DNA from: Callorhinchus milii
Taxonomy: Eukaryota
Direction: 5' to 3'
Assembly (NCBI RefSeq): GCF_018977255.1
Contig: NW_024704743.1
Span: forward strand, 6,512,001-6,576,000
Length of the DNA stretch: 64,000 bases
In this document: piece by piece, positions 40,165-53,741 of the stretch
Numbering within the stretch: the stretch's first letter is position 1
How the letters are laid out: each line of letters opens with the position of its first letter
The notes under the pieces: generated by a model
The model's database searches: none
Told to the model about the DNA's origin: nothing
Seen by the model: only the letters and a program-made list of their open reading frames with translations
Made by a program: the position numbers and the translations under genes

Positions 40165-40420
40165 AATTTTCAGACGAGGAGTTAAACTAGGCTCTGTCTG
40201 CCTCTTCAAGTAGATATAAAAAGATCCCATGGCACTATTCAAAACGGAATGGAGTTTTTCCTGATGTCCAGGACAACGATCCTACAGATAAATCGGTTAT
40301 TCACCTTACGGCATTTTGGGGGACCTTGCTGGCACAAAGGCCTGTCTCTTTTAGTTTCACAGTAATTGCACGTGAAATGTTTTGAGGCATTTCAATGAGA
40401 TATGATGTTACGCAAATGGA
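40165..40420 (+). mobile_element. Deu-domain-like SINE fragment
   Basis: gttaaactaggctctgtctgcctct...taaaaagatcccatggcactattcaaa. Confidence 0.68.
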
Positions 40421-40491
40421 AATTCTTTCCTACTCATCAAACACACTACAATACAGTAACATTGTGATCAACGATATAAGTCATCAGTGGA

Positions 40492-40907
40492 AGTCCTGTA
40501 GCATATTGGTTAGAGCACTTGCCTCGCAGGATTTCCAGGCAAGGCAAAACCTTAGGCATGTTTCCTTACTCCACATGTCTCTTGTTTACCTAGCATTAAG
40601 GAGGAACCCGGTTGTTGAAGCGTTCTGGGACTCAACTCCGCGTGAAGGACGCTGTATAAATGCAAGCTGTTGTTGTTAGTCGATTGGTGGATTGCTAACT
40701 GGGGATAATAATCCCTCAAAAGATATATAATAATAATAATTTGATCACTCAATCCATGACGGTTTGTGGGACGCTGCTAATCGCAATTGGCTGCCGTGTT
40801 TCGTCCACAAGATATACAATCAATTCAGTATATTCTGTGAAGTGCTTTGAGATGTATCAACAATGTGACAAGGTCCTATGTCAAACAAAGGATTATTATT
40901 ATTATTA
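40492..40907 (+). mobile_element. tRNA-derived SINE (long subfamily) with an internal L2-type tail insertion
   Basis: SINE head, body and tail, plus an extra ~60 nt at 40617-40677. Confidence 0.82.
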
Positions 40908-41714
40908 ATCCTTGCTCCAATATTTAACAACTATTTGTTTGTCTGAGATGATTTATGTTAAATTAATACATGCCAAAATTCTCATTGATCATATGAAAGA
41001 TTTGCGCACACAACTGTCAACAATAATGACCATTATTTTGCTGTGTACTGCTATCCATCCTCGTACAAAACCAGTGGAATGCATTTGATCAAACTAGTAA
41101 ATACATGATGATCAGACTGTGAAGGCATTTTGAGCTTCCATGGCTTTTGATACTGTATCACAAGATACAGTGAAGTGGAGCCCTTGATGGATGTTTGTCC
41201 GGCAAACAGGTTACTGCCAGGAAATACTTGGTTCAAGAAATAAAGGTGAGAAGGTCACTCACTGCACAGGTGGTGTGTAATTGCAGATCAACATGGGGAT
41301 ATTAAGAAGTTAGTGCTCGGGTAAAGCAATTTCCAGTGAGACATTGACACCTTCTCAGCATGAGCCAGTAGGTTACATGTTGTTATGCAAGATGTCTGGC
41401 ACAAGGCAGCAGCAGTCAATCAAAACAAGAGAAAGAAGTTGGAAGATTAAGGAAACTAAACCCATTGGACAGTATAAGTAAGTGACGGATAAAAAGTAAG
41501 CAGATGGTCAGGAAGATATAGTTGTTTAAGAATATTTTAGTCGAGCTGACAGAAAAATGTCATACACAGTTGTTGCCAAGGTACAAAATAAAGGAAAATA
41601 TCTGTTTGATTTGCAAAGAATTATTAAAAATATGAGGCAAATAATATGTAGGTAAGTTAAACATTTTACTCTTAGGAAATAACATTATGGGATATAGTAC
41701 AAAGGTAGTTCAGA

Positions 41715-41757
<43 letters not shown>

Positions 41758-41761
41758 TACA

Positions 41762-42080
41762 TAATAATAATAATAATCCTTGCATTTGATATAGCGCTTT
41801 TCACGTCGGGAGGACGTCCCAAAGCGCTTCACAGAACACACTGTAAAGTGAATTGACTGTATATTTGTGGGCGAACGCGGCAGCCAATTGCGCACAGCAA
41901 TGTCCCACAAACAGTCGTAGATTGAAAATGACCAATTTATTATTGTTTTTGGTTTTGGAGGGATTATTATTAGGCTCTGTGTGGAGTAAGGAAACTTGCC
42001 CAAGGTTTCGCCCTGCCTGGAATTGAACTCAGGTCTCTCACTTGCAAAGCGAGTGCTCTAACCACTGAGCTACAGGACTC
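41762..42080 (-). mobile_element. Full-length tRNA(Ala)-like SINE with L2-type tail (short subfamily)
   Basis: Head gtcctgtagctcagtggttagagcactcgctttgcaag...gagttcaattccaggcagggc with Pol III A and B boxes, shared body, (TTA)n tail. Confidence 0.9.
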
Positions 42081-42089
42081 CTACATGCG

Positions 42090-42166
42090 ACCGGAAGGAA
42101 GGTGGAAGGCAACCCAAATGGAACCTGGTCTTTTTTTTTGTCTAGCGTTTCTTATGTTCTTATGTA
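42090..42166 (+). mobile_element. Short CR1-type 3' terminus
   Basis: Ends in tttcttatgttcttatgt, the same 8-mer tail as the 30 kb CR1. Confidence 0.55.
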
Positions 42167-42373
<207 letters not shown>

Positions 42374-44189
42374 GCCACTGTTTGAGAGAAAAGTTGACCT
42401 GTAATATTCCACACGTTTGGATCATGAAGGCCTTTCTGGCCACTTGATCTTACTTCATTTCCAGAACGACCATTCTACTCTCTATATTCTGTGAAGATGT
42501 TCTAAAATATTTGATATGTGGTTTTATACACTGCATTGTTGCACGTAAAAAAAAATAATATGCGTCTAAGCTTAGCAACAGTTGATATCTAAATTTGCAG
42601 GTACGTATGTCAGTGAAGTTAAACTATATAGAAAATCACAGCAAAGAAGGCAATTGGAATGGAAAATATGCAGTAGTATGGACAAGGTTGGGACATCCAC
42701 AAAGGTCTGAATTATAATAAATCTTGCATTTCTATTGAACCTTATCATATCATCAAAAGATCTTAAAAAGTTTCACAGGATGTTTTAGTGTAGTATAAAG
42801 TATAAAGATTATGTCTCTATAATAATAATAATCTTTATATTTGATGTAGTGCCTTTCATATCAGGAGTATGTCCCAAAGCATAAATCACATCTGCAGTGA
42901 AGGTGTTTTATGGGCAAATATGTAGGCAAGTTAAGCGTTTTACTCTTCTCTTGATGCTGTGATTTCTTTATTAGGTATCACAGGATTACAGAAGTTCACC
43001 TGACTGTCTTCCTTCTTGCAGTATCTAACTTTTTCTTAAATGTGTCCACCCCCCTGGCTTAAATCTTCTTTTTACCGTTAACTCATTCCAGCTGTTGATT
43101 ACTCAACATATAAATTAAAATATTTCCTGATGTCTATCTAATCTTGCCCTTCATAACCCTGAACAATTAACCCATTCCTCCTTGTTCTCCACAAACACAC
43201 AATTATATCTTTTTGGTATAATTTTGGTAAATGATAACTACTTTCTCAGCAACAGTATATTTATTTGTATCTTAAAAAGTAACAAAATGGTTATTGTTTC
43301 CTGAACATTTTTATATTCACTCTACACTATAAACACACGTTTTCTTAAGAACAAAAATCACATCCAAACATACTGGCATGACAATCTAAAGAAAAAAACA
43401 CGTACTGAAGTTTGAATGTAAATAAATGATCTAGTTCAACTGAACTGTGAATGTATTTTACATCAGCTATATGACAGTCACTACACTAAAAAAAATCCTG
43501 TGTAATTTCTCTTACAAGTGGATGACACATGGGTAAAAACTACAAAAGGCATTTGTGCTTTTTCCACGGATTCTTACAATGGTAAATATTCTAGCTTATA
43601 GATGTGCTTTGAACTACTGAAGCCTGTCAGACAAACGCTATTAAGTGCTAACTGATGAGTCAGTTATCATTTCATCTTCACTGCAGCAAGTACTGATGTG
43701 AAATACAATATATGAATGCACTGACTCAAATATTACAACATAAATTGAATACAGACACCAGGCTCAAATAGACCCTCCCTTTAAGCTACACACAGAAATC
43801 CTAAGCCACAGGTCACAGCTGTACACATATGGTCTTTGCTTACTGAGATGAAAGAAACTTGCTTCAGAGGAAGTATTTCAGTTAACAATGGAAAATTAAA
43901 GTGGAGTATCACAGTTATCCCTTTGTCTATAAGGCCACTATGAACTGAACAGTAGGATATCGATTCTGATTGTGAAGTAATGGATGATTTTCTTAATGTT
44001 TCTGAATTTTATTTTGACAAGGCCATTGGGTGGTTAGCATTCATATAATATATCCTTTCCTGACCAAACACAGAACTTTGTGCCAAATTCAGCACATGCA
44101 AGGTAGTCAGAATAAAACACTGACTGATATTTCTATGACTGCTGGAGAATACATTCAAGTGTGTCCACAGTATACAAACCCAATCAAGT

Positions 44190-44740
44190 AGCCAACATCG
44201 GGACTGAACTGTAAAATATAAAATGTAAAGGGGCCTCCTGGCTATTTGATGACATCCTTTCAGAATACAATACCCTGAATCTGAATCTTGTTTCCTTGGT
44301 GTTTTTTGGTATTATTTTATACTAACTTTCTCAATTCTGCTAAACATATTCTATACCAGTGAAGGTCCCTCTGAGATGTCTCATTTGCAAGGCTGAAGAG
44401 CCCATCTTATTGAATTGTGCTTCATTGCTTATCGCTCTAACATCGAGTTGCTCTCCATCGCACTAGTTTCCTTATCCTATTCTGTGTAAAGGCCGCTATG
44501 TAAATGCAAGTTGTTGTTTTGTCGCAGTATCCAAAACTACACCCAATACTTCAGTGTGGCCCAACCAAAGCACTATACAGCATGAGCATGACTTCTAGTA
44601 TCTAAACTCAACTGATTTGGCAATGTAGACCATAATTTTGCTTGCTTTGTTTATTGACGTCTCACAATATTTGGACATGTTGAGCGACAAATCAGTTAAT
44701 ACCCTTAGGTCTATTTCCTATTTCGACTTCGGCCATATCA
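44190..44740 (-). mobile_element. Degenerate CR1-like RT C-terminal fragment with an L2-type tail inserted at about 44480-44520
   Basis: tatccaaaactacacccaatacttcagtgtggcccaaccaaagcactatacag reverse-complements to a LYxALVxPHxEYxVxFW-like motif. Confidence 0.65.
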
Positions 44741-46759
44741 CAGCACAACTATATTTTATAAATCTTTGTAGAAACATATATAGTTCAAAACATCAAAAGC
44801 AGAATTGTAAAACAATATACTGCACAAAATACAATGAATCAATGAATAATCAAACAATTGCTTTACCCTTGTGTACTTCTTTAAATATATGCGGGGGAGA
44901 AATATAAGATACAACGTGATAATTATAGCTGGTGATATTGATTATGAGAACAAAAAAGTCGGCATTTAATGTCATTATAAACCTATCCTAGATTTGGCAC
45001 CAACTCTCAACTAAGATAACTTCTGTCCTTTTGGAATTCAAAATGTCAATTTTTGCAATGATCACTGTTCCCAATGCCAGGAATAATTTCAATTCCCTAA
45101 TCTCTTCATTATCCTCACCATGGATCGGAAAAATCCATGGTGAGGATAATGAAGATTGGGGCCCAAAATTATTCCTGTCTCTGGTAGTAGTGAAAATAAT
45201 GCTGCCATTTGATATAACCCCATTCCCATTGTCAAGACATCTCAAAACATTTCACAGGATTTACTGTGAAGTATAATGACTATGTAGGTAAATGTGGCAA
45301 CCACTTTGCCCACATCCAATATCCCACAGGAAGTAATTGACCAATATTTTCTGGGGGATTGTTGAGTAACACCGATAATGTTACTCGAAAAGAGAAATTC
45401 CCTTCTCTTTCTGAGTAATGTAATTGGATCTTTATTGTACACCAGGAAAGTATGAGAATATAAATTTCATGCTTATTTACTAACCTAAAAATATGTTTAA
45501 AAATAAAACTTTAATATTAAATCTTGCTAAGTCAGTAAAAGATGAAAAGCTGCCAAAATTGACTATGAGAAGCTTGAAGAAGCCAAAGTCGGGGGGCGGG
45601 GAGAGGGCAATCTTAAATCATAGTTTTCAGGGAATAAAGCAGTCTTTACTTATCCCGGGTGTTGATGAATGTACAGCTAGGATGACCTCAATTTTGCCTT
45701 TCAAAAATTAAACGGCAGATTTTGTGTTTGTTGTATTCACTCCAATTTTCCTCGCCATCATGTATTCCTGCAATTTTCAAATGTTTTTTTCCTTAGCTGC
45801 AGTTTGTCTTCACCTTCTTATTCATCCGTGGCATCCTACTACTTCTTCATGGAAAATATTTCTCCTGCATCTTTTCTGTCTGATGCTTAAAAATCTTCCA
45901 TTGTTGCTCAAGATCCTTGTTTGCTAAAGTTTCCCTCCAGTCTGCCAAGGAGATGGTTGCTTCCTCATACCATTGTGATTAGCTTTTTCCCCCCATCACT
46001 GCCACATTAGTTCAAATTTGAATTCAACTAGTGGAAAGGGATACATTTTGGTGGGATTGGGCGAAGTCAGAACATGACACTGAATAATATATAAATTATT
46101 CTGCTTTAAAGTTACTCATTACATTTGCTTGTTTAATAACAACATTTATAGAGTTTGAATTGCTGTCAGAATTCCATTTTCCCATTAGTGCTGAAGGGTC
46201 TCAAAGGTCGCAAACAGGTTAGTTCACTTGCAGCTTCCAGTTCTACTTTGGATGCAAAATTCCTGCCATATTTTGACCCAGGGATAAAAAAATGTGGTAA
46301 GTCACGTTTTTCACCCGCACCCCCCGCCCCCCCCACCCCCTCCCCCAGTCGTAACAGCAATGCAACCCAGTCAGTTAGCGATATGTCAGGTATTCGGAGC
46401 CAACAAAATCACTTTGTAAAAAAATATGATTCACATTTTCCAAAATGGACAGATGTTAGAAGTTACAAGTAAAAATTAGAATGATTAAAAATCATATTTG
46501 AAGTTAGGAATAGGTAGAGAAAATGTAATGGGTTGAAATTCTAATAAATTAATGCTACTGGAGTAAAGTGGTCAAGGCGCTGTAATTATAAATTTAACTA
46601 CACAAGAACATGTTAGGTACGATATTCCTCAATGTAGCAATGTGGTATGTTTCCTGTTAGCGAATGTGAAGGCAGCCTCAGAATCACCACTAAGATAAGC
46701 ATTTCTGCAAACACAAGTTGATTATTAGTCCCTGTGCAGGTCTGGAGTATATCAACCCT

Positions 46760-47710
46760 AACAAGAATGGGAATTGGCATCACAGAATAGCTGGTGTTGG
46801 TGGAAGGTCATTAATACTCCAAGAACCTATCCTTAGGATTTCTGGTCACATTGTTGGGTCTAAAATGCACGAGGATGCCTGACAGGAGGCCTATCTGTGC
46901 TTCACAAATCTCAAGCCTGGTCTCTCTAAGTATCTGGTGTATGTTCATCTGTCCAGGGGGATTTGTTGGTTTTCAGTCCAGTGAGCCATTCTGGAAACTA
47001 AGCCTCACGTATGCGAAAGACCTAGAGCTCAAACAAGCTGGATGTTTTCTGGATGTTAAGAGTCAGGTTTTGATTGTCCTCCCCATAGAAACCACAAGGT
47101 AGTAGTTGTTTATGTTCGCTTTCTCAGGTTTTTTCTTTAATCACCTTTAGAGGTTTAATGTCTGCCCTAACCTAGCTCTTACTGTTATAATATAGAAAGA
47201 ATAATTTCGCATGATGTTTTACATTTGCTACACGTCCCTTTCCAGTTCTCCCTTGGCTGCCCCAATCTCTTTTTTCCCTATTCTGTAACAGTCTGGTATT
47301 CAGCCTTATGGACGCCCTTTCCTTTCTTCCTAGAAGTTTTGTAAATCTATTTTTTCTTAATCTCCTTTTGTATTTTTCTTGGATCCATTTTGAGCCTTTA
47401 TGTTTAATTTGCCCAACTGGACTTCAGTATTACTTATCCTGCAAGTCTGCATAATGTTTTTATAGGATATCCATTTATCCTCATCTGATTTGTTTTTGAG
47501 TAATGACTCCATTCTGTGTCACTTAGCTCAGCCCACATACAGTTTGCTAATCTAAAGTTGGACACTCCAGTTTGGCTGTGTGGTTGTGTCGGTTTCCAAG
47601 TCAAATTAAATTTTACTGAGCTATGATCACTGTCACCTAGTGGTTCAAGTATTTCTCTCCCTGAGTAGCGTCTGTGTCATTGACTAGAATTAAGTCAAGA
47701 AGGGCCTTGT
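46760..47710 (-). mobile_element. Old CR1-like endonuclease/linker remnant
   Basis: Minus strand gives ALLDLILV (about 47706-47683) and EPLGDSDHSS (about 47647-47618), which are CR1 EN motifs. The left boundary is uncertain. Confidence 0.6.
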
Positions 47711-47714
47711 GTAC

Positions 47715-48022
47715 TCTCTCTCCCGTTGTACTCTGGCCTGTCTGTCCCACCATCGGTGGTCGGGCCTTCAGCCTTTCTGCCCTCGCCCTCTGGAACTCCA
47801 TTCTGGAGCCCCTTCACTCGCCCCCTCCCTTGACTATTTCAAGACCCATCTCAAAACCTTCCCTTTTGACCGTGCCTTCAGCATCCTCCAACTCCCAGCC
47901 CCTTGCCCTCCACCCCTCCTGATTCCAACCTTCAGCTTGGGTGCAAACCCCTTGACTGTCCAGTTCCTTGGGATGTCCTCCTGACCTAAAATGCTCTATG
48001 TAAATGTAATTTGTTGTTGTTG
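47715..48022 (+). mobile_element. L2 3' end
   Basis: PTIGGRAFS..LWNS, FKTHLKTF..FDRAF, tail tatgtaaatgtaatttgttgttgttg. Confidence 0.75.
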
Positions 48023-51000
48023 TCTCCCATATAGTAGCACTGGCACTTGAGGGTCCAGGACAGGCTGGAGTTAAACTGTGCTGGAAATGACTCTTCTACA
48101 ATCTCAACCCATTCACACACCCACCGTTGAATTAACTGAAAAACAGTTCTGAAGAAATACGATCAATTAAGAAAAACAAAACCTTTTAATTAGAGTGAGA
48201 GGTTTTGGATAACGCAAAATGAAAAGAAAGCAGACAACTTTGAGACACTGGTAGCTACACAACTTCTGCAGAAAGATGCTTTCTTCTTCACAGTGGCCAC
48301 CTCAGTATAACATTATCCTGCTACATATGCAAAGACATTCACACACATATAGTCATTGTGTCTAATGTATGTGGTTGAAATATGCAGAAAACTTGAAGTG
48401 GTTTACTGGCCTCCCTCTACCTAAATAACAGTAGCTGAAGTGGGACAAAAAGTCTGGGATAAAGTTGCCTGATATTCAGAAGCAGATTATTGGGGAAATG
48501 AATAACAAACTATCTGGACATGTGGAAAGTATGATTGGGTGACAGACAATGAATGGCATATGAAAACCTGGAAAAAGCTGGAACTTTCTAACAAAAAGGA
48601 GGCAGGTATGCCAATTTAAAAGTAGCATATTTATTCTTTTACTTCCTCTATATAAAAGGCTTAAACAACCATCCAACAAATATCTTTATTTTAAATGTAC
48701 AGCAATAGACTGGTTAAGTAGAATGCCTAACTTCTAAAGAAAGATTTGCTATCATATGTACTTGTATTAATATGAAACCAAAACTGTTTTGAAGTTTGAT
48801 ATTCAAAGCAATCATCTCTTCTTTTTTTTCTCGGGCATTCTTAAAATGTTCCTGTAATTCTTGTTAGCAATGATGCTCACTGTACCTAGACAGTCCCACT
48901 GGTGGAAACATGCTGGACTGCACAATTGTGAGAGGCTGCTCTGTACAGTCATGTGGTTTTGCTGAATGCCAAATCGGAAGGAAAAGACATTCCCTGCATT
49001 TTATAGAGCAAGATAAATACAGAAAAGAAAACAGATAAAAGATGGAACTGTTGCATATGAACACAGTCAAATTCTTTGCTGTTCTGGCACTCTGGAACAA
49101 TTTAGTTAACCTGGACAACAAACCTTTTCCGTAGATGATCATAACTCAGTAACTTATAATTTTTTCACTGAAAATGTTTCTGCAAAAAAAATGTTTTCTC
49201 TATTTTGTAAATCATCTTAAACGATGTTGGTTTAGAACAGTTAGTTACCAACAAAAAAACCTCAGATTCATTGCTGCTGCTGTACAGTCTTAGCAAACAC
49301 ATAGCTAACTGGGACAAGCTCTTTTTTGTGTGACTGAATGACACTTGGGGAGTGCCAAGAGCAGCTTTATGCCAGCCTTAGTGCCTGTTATTCAAACACA
49401 GCCAAATTAAAGGTCTCCAGAAGCACAGTCAAGGCAAAGATAAGGGAGCCTCTCACCAATACTCTCTCCCAGCTGGGATTTGTGAGACTATAATGCAGCA
49501 CTTTGTTAGGAATTTCAGGTTCAGTAACATGATAACTTAACACTCGTTTTTAAAAATTAACTTCAGGCAGTGGTCTAGCTTTGAGATTCCAAGGCTTCTT
49601 GACCTCCAGAAAGAGCCTTAAACATGCTCTCCTTTTGGCACTGGGACAACAAGCAGCGCACTGCTCATGCATGTAGATTCCAACTTACACAGAGGTGTTG
49701 TGGCGTTAAGTGTAAAGACAGCAGGCTTCTGCTTCCTGTTCACCAGCACCCAATCTAAAGTGAAAAACTCCACACCTGACAGTCCTCAAATCAAACTTTC
49801 AAACAAGTGGCGTACATTAAAACCAGCTATTCATCTTCAGTACTCCATTCTTATATAAACAACATGCACAGGTAGGGTGCTTTGGTTTCCAGAGCCTCCC
49901 GTCTCTCAAAATTTTGACTCTGAGGAGCTGGAGCACTGTGCTGTTTGCTGCCAAAAAGTATTATGCTGTCTGAGAACTTTCTGACAGGAATACTACTCTC
50001 ATTACTCCTTTCTTTCTTTTCATGCTGTCAAATTAACTATTAATTTACAGCAAGGGCAGTCTGCAACACTGTCAGAATGCCAACACTACACTCTGCACCT
50101 CCAGCCTAAACCCTGGAGCCAGCATACACAGCTGAAACAGTAGGGGCTGCCTCATGCCAAGCTTCTAAAAGGAAGTACTGTAGTGGCAAAGTACAGCAAA
50201 AGAAAACTCGTAAAAATTACAACCAAGAGAAATTAGAAGGCAAAATTAAAATCAGGACATAAACAGTGACGCTAATTAAAAAATCATCAGATGAAAAAAA
50301 ACATCAGTCAGTTTTCTGAACATTTCAACAAATTGCATTATGCATAGCTGCATAACTTCACTTCTTCACATTGAAGTGCATAATCTGTTTTAGTTACACT
50401 CATTTTGGCAATGGTCATTTTGGAATAGCTTCAGTGGGAATCACAAATAATTATATTTCCTTATTTTGTAATTTACACCAATTCCTGCATGGAACTTGTC
50501 TAATGAAAGGGAGTCTTTAATACCAAAGGGCAAGCAAAAACTATCTTCAAGGATTTATGATTTTAACAAACAATCACCAATAGCCTAGCAATCTACAGTA
50601 AAAAGCAGCATGTGTAGCTTTCAGACAGAGAGACAATAATGGAGCATATCGATATACTGTGAGATACCAAGCATACACGTCAAAAAACTAGCTAATAATT
50701 AATCTTCTTACAGTGTATCCGTGTTCACAATGTCTGGTTCATAGAAGCTGCTCTGTACAGAACAGCTGCCAAGAGTAGAGAAAGTCGCCTAATCACTTTT
50801 AAGTTTAGCATGATCTTAACCCATGAATGAGTAATTGTTTGAAATGGCTTTAATAATTACCAACATATGAACAAAAATATCACGTTCAATTAATAATGCT
50901 AATCATAATAGTCTTTCCATTTGATATAGCACCTTTCACATTGGGAGAATGTCCCAAAATGCTTAACATGATTTACTGTGAAGTGTAGTGACTATGCATT

Positions 51001-51777
51001 TTGCAGGCAAAATAAGTAAGATTCTACAATCAAGCACCATTGCAATTCGTTTTTTCTGTGTGGACAAAAGTAAAACAATTTATTTCATTATTTCAGAGGT
51101 GTATAATTTAGTGAAATAAACATTTCATTTTAATTTAGTAAAAAATAAGTATCTTGTTAAAATCTGAGGACTACAGTATCATTTATTCCATTATATTAAG
51201 ACGTCTCGAAATTATGATAAAGGGTTATATCAAATGCAAGAATTATTATTATTATAGCAACCCTTCCAGCTGAACTTACATTGTCGAGTTCCAATTATAA
51301 ACAATTGAAATAGGACAATCTAGAAATCTAAATAAAAAATACTTGAAGAATATAGTTAATGTTTTAGTAAGAACCTTCGTCAGAGCTCAAGTAAGTGAGT
51401 TAGAAGACCCTCCTTTATTATGACTAAAAGAAAACACATATTAAAAAAAATTACAATCAAACAATACATAGGAGCAATTAAGGCATTAAAAATATTTAAA
51501 AGGAGAATGCCCCTCTTCTGTTAATTTTGTTGTGTTCTCTATTTTTGCACTAATGCCCCTTTACCACTGTTGTCTTACCGTAACAAATTCTTTACCTAAC
51601 CCTTTTTACTCCATTTCTGTCATTGTTCAGTAATGCTAATTGGATGCCCGAATCTCTGAACAGATCTGGTCTTAAAAATACAGTGCAGAAAGTCTTTCAG
51701 AGTCATGAAAATTGTTCTGTTAGTAATTAAAGCCTAAAGCATTTTTGACATTGATGTGGCGCTTTTATCCATGTTAA

Positions 51778-52126
51778 GTCCTGGAGCTCGGTGGTTAGAG
51801 CACTCGCCTCGCAAGCGAGAGACCTGGGTCCTATTCCTGGCAGGATGAAATGTTGGGCAAGTTTCCTTACTCCACACGCCTCTGTTTACCTAGCAGTAAG
51901 TAGGAACCCGGTTGTTAGTCGATTGGCGAATCGCTTTTTCCAAGAATAATAATCCTTCAAAAAAAGAAACAAGAATAATTTGGTCACTCAATCCATGACT
52001 GTTTGTGGGACACTGCTGAGAGCAATTGGCTGCCACAAATATACAGTCAATTCACTTTACAGAATATTCTGTGAAGCGCTTTGAGATGTCTAGAAGACAT
52101 GAAAATGCAAGGATTATTATTATTAT
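51778..52126 (+). mobile_element. Full-length tRNA-derived SINE (long subfamily)
   Basis: Head gtcctggagctcggtggttagagcactcgcctcgcaagcgag, shared body, gcaaggattattatt tail. Confidence 0.9.
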
Positions 52127-52759
52127 AAAACCCAGTTCTATTAAGGGTAGTAAGGGAATTCCTGAGCTTTCTGGTCAAAGATGCCTGTCACCTTGTGTAC
52201 ATCTCATAGATATGTCACAGACACCCCCCCTAAAATCTACATACTTATTTAATATCTTCAAAGAAAAAATAGCTATACTCATGCCTAAATATCGAAAAGC
52301 TCAATGTGCTCTATTATCCTATTGAGTGGTTAACACCTAACAATTGATCATTTAAAGGATTTTCTGAAACAGAGATCCTGTGATCTCTGATATTGTTTTG
52401 AGCCCTATGCTGTGGACACTTGCTAATGCTTTATTTGGACTTCAAATGAGATAATTGACACAACTGTTCATTCAGCAAACTAGGTCCAATCTTGGATCAT
52501 GGAATTCTTTAGATCCTGACCCACCTCAAGTGGCAGAGATGTTAAAATTAGAAAAATGTCAAAGTGCATTGCTTATGTTGTGTTTGCTTTACTTCTTGAG
52601 GGAATATGTCTTTGGACATGGTAATTTACTGTCAAATTGATAAGAAGGTACATTACATTAACCTGTTTCTACTTAGAATGGTCCAAAAACATAACACATT
52701 TGTCAAAGTAACCAAAATATCATGTTAACAATCTGTGGCATTCTTTATGAAATTTAACA

Positions 52760-53741
52760 ATGACAAATTTGAGTAAATTAAATGGGATTCCTTCCCAAAT
52801 AGGCAAGTCTTGCTTGACAAATGGAATATAGAGTTCTTTGATGAAATAATGTGGATGTAGTATCTATGGATTTTCAGAAAGCTTTTGATAAGGAGCAACA
52901 TCAGAGGCTTGTTAAAAAAACAGGGCGTATTGTATTAATGGAAAGGTAGCAGTATGGATAGAAAGTTGGTTAACAGATAGGCAGCAAAGGGTGGAAGTAC
53001 AGGATTGTTATTCACAATGGAAAGGTATAAAGAGTGGTTTCCCCCAGGGATCTGAGTTAGGACCACTGCTTTTCTCCATTTATGTAAACAGATTACACAA
53101 AAATAGGGAGTGTAGCTAACAGTAAAGAAGATTTTAAGTAACTTCAGGGGGACATAGACAAATTAGTTGAACTGGGCAGAAGATGGTGAATGAAACTTAA
53201 TACAGACAAATATGAGGTCATGCATTTTGTAAGAAAGAATAATAGATCAAGTATATGTGAGGTGGTAAAAGGAGTGGAAGAACAGAGGGGTTAACATACA
53301 CAAAACCTTAAATGTGGACAAAACTGTCAAGAAAGCAAATGAAATCCGAGGTTTAAAAATATGGATATAGAATGTAAATCCAAAGAGGTACTGCTAAACT
53401 CATAGAAATCATTAGTTAGACGGCAGTTAGAATATTGTGTCCAATTTTGGTCACCTCAATTTAGGAAAGACGTCAAAGCAACAGAAGAGTTCAGAGGCCA
53501 TGATATAGTGGGTGAGTGGTTTGGCCAGTGAGCAGAGACTGGAGGTAATGGGACATTTTCCCATTAGAAACAAAAAAGATTGAGGGCTGATCTGATTAGA
53601 GGTATTTAAAATTATGAGGGGTTTTGATACAGCTCCTGAGCAAATGGGAAGATTAGGACAAATTTTCTCACACAGAGTAGAATGCTATGGAATGCCCTGC
53701 AGAGAGCGGTGGGTGGTTGAGACAGAATCCATATTCACTTT
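52760..53741 (+). mobile_element. Older degenerate CR1 RT region (left half of an interrupted element)
   Basis: Decayed RT nucleotides: ggcaagtcttgcttgacaaat, gatgtagtatctatggattttcagaaagcttttgataag, ccccagggatctgagttagg, gaatattgtgtccaattttggtcacc. Confidence 0.85.

Noticed and set aside
42009..42079. Possible tRNA-Ala gene
   Set aside because: Contiguous with a SINE body and tail and repeated in diverged form across the window; it is a SINE head.
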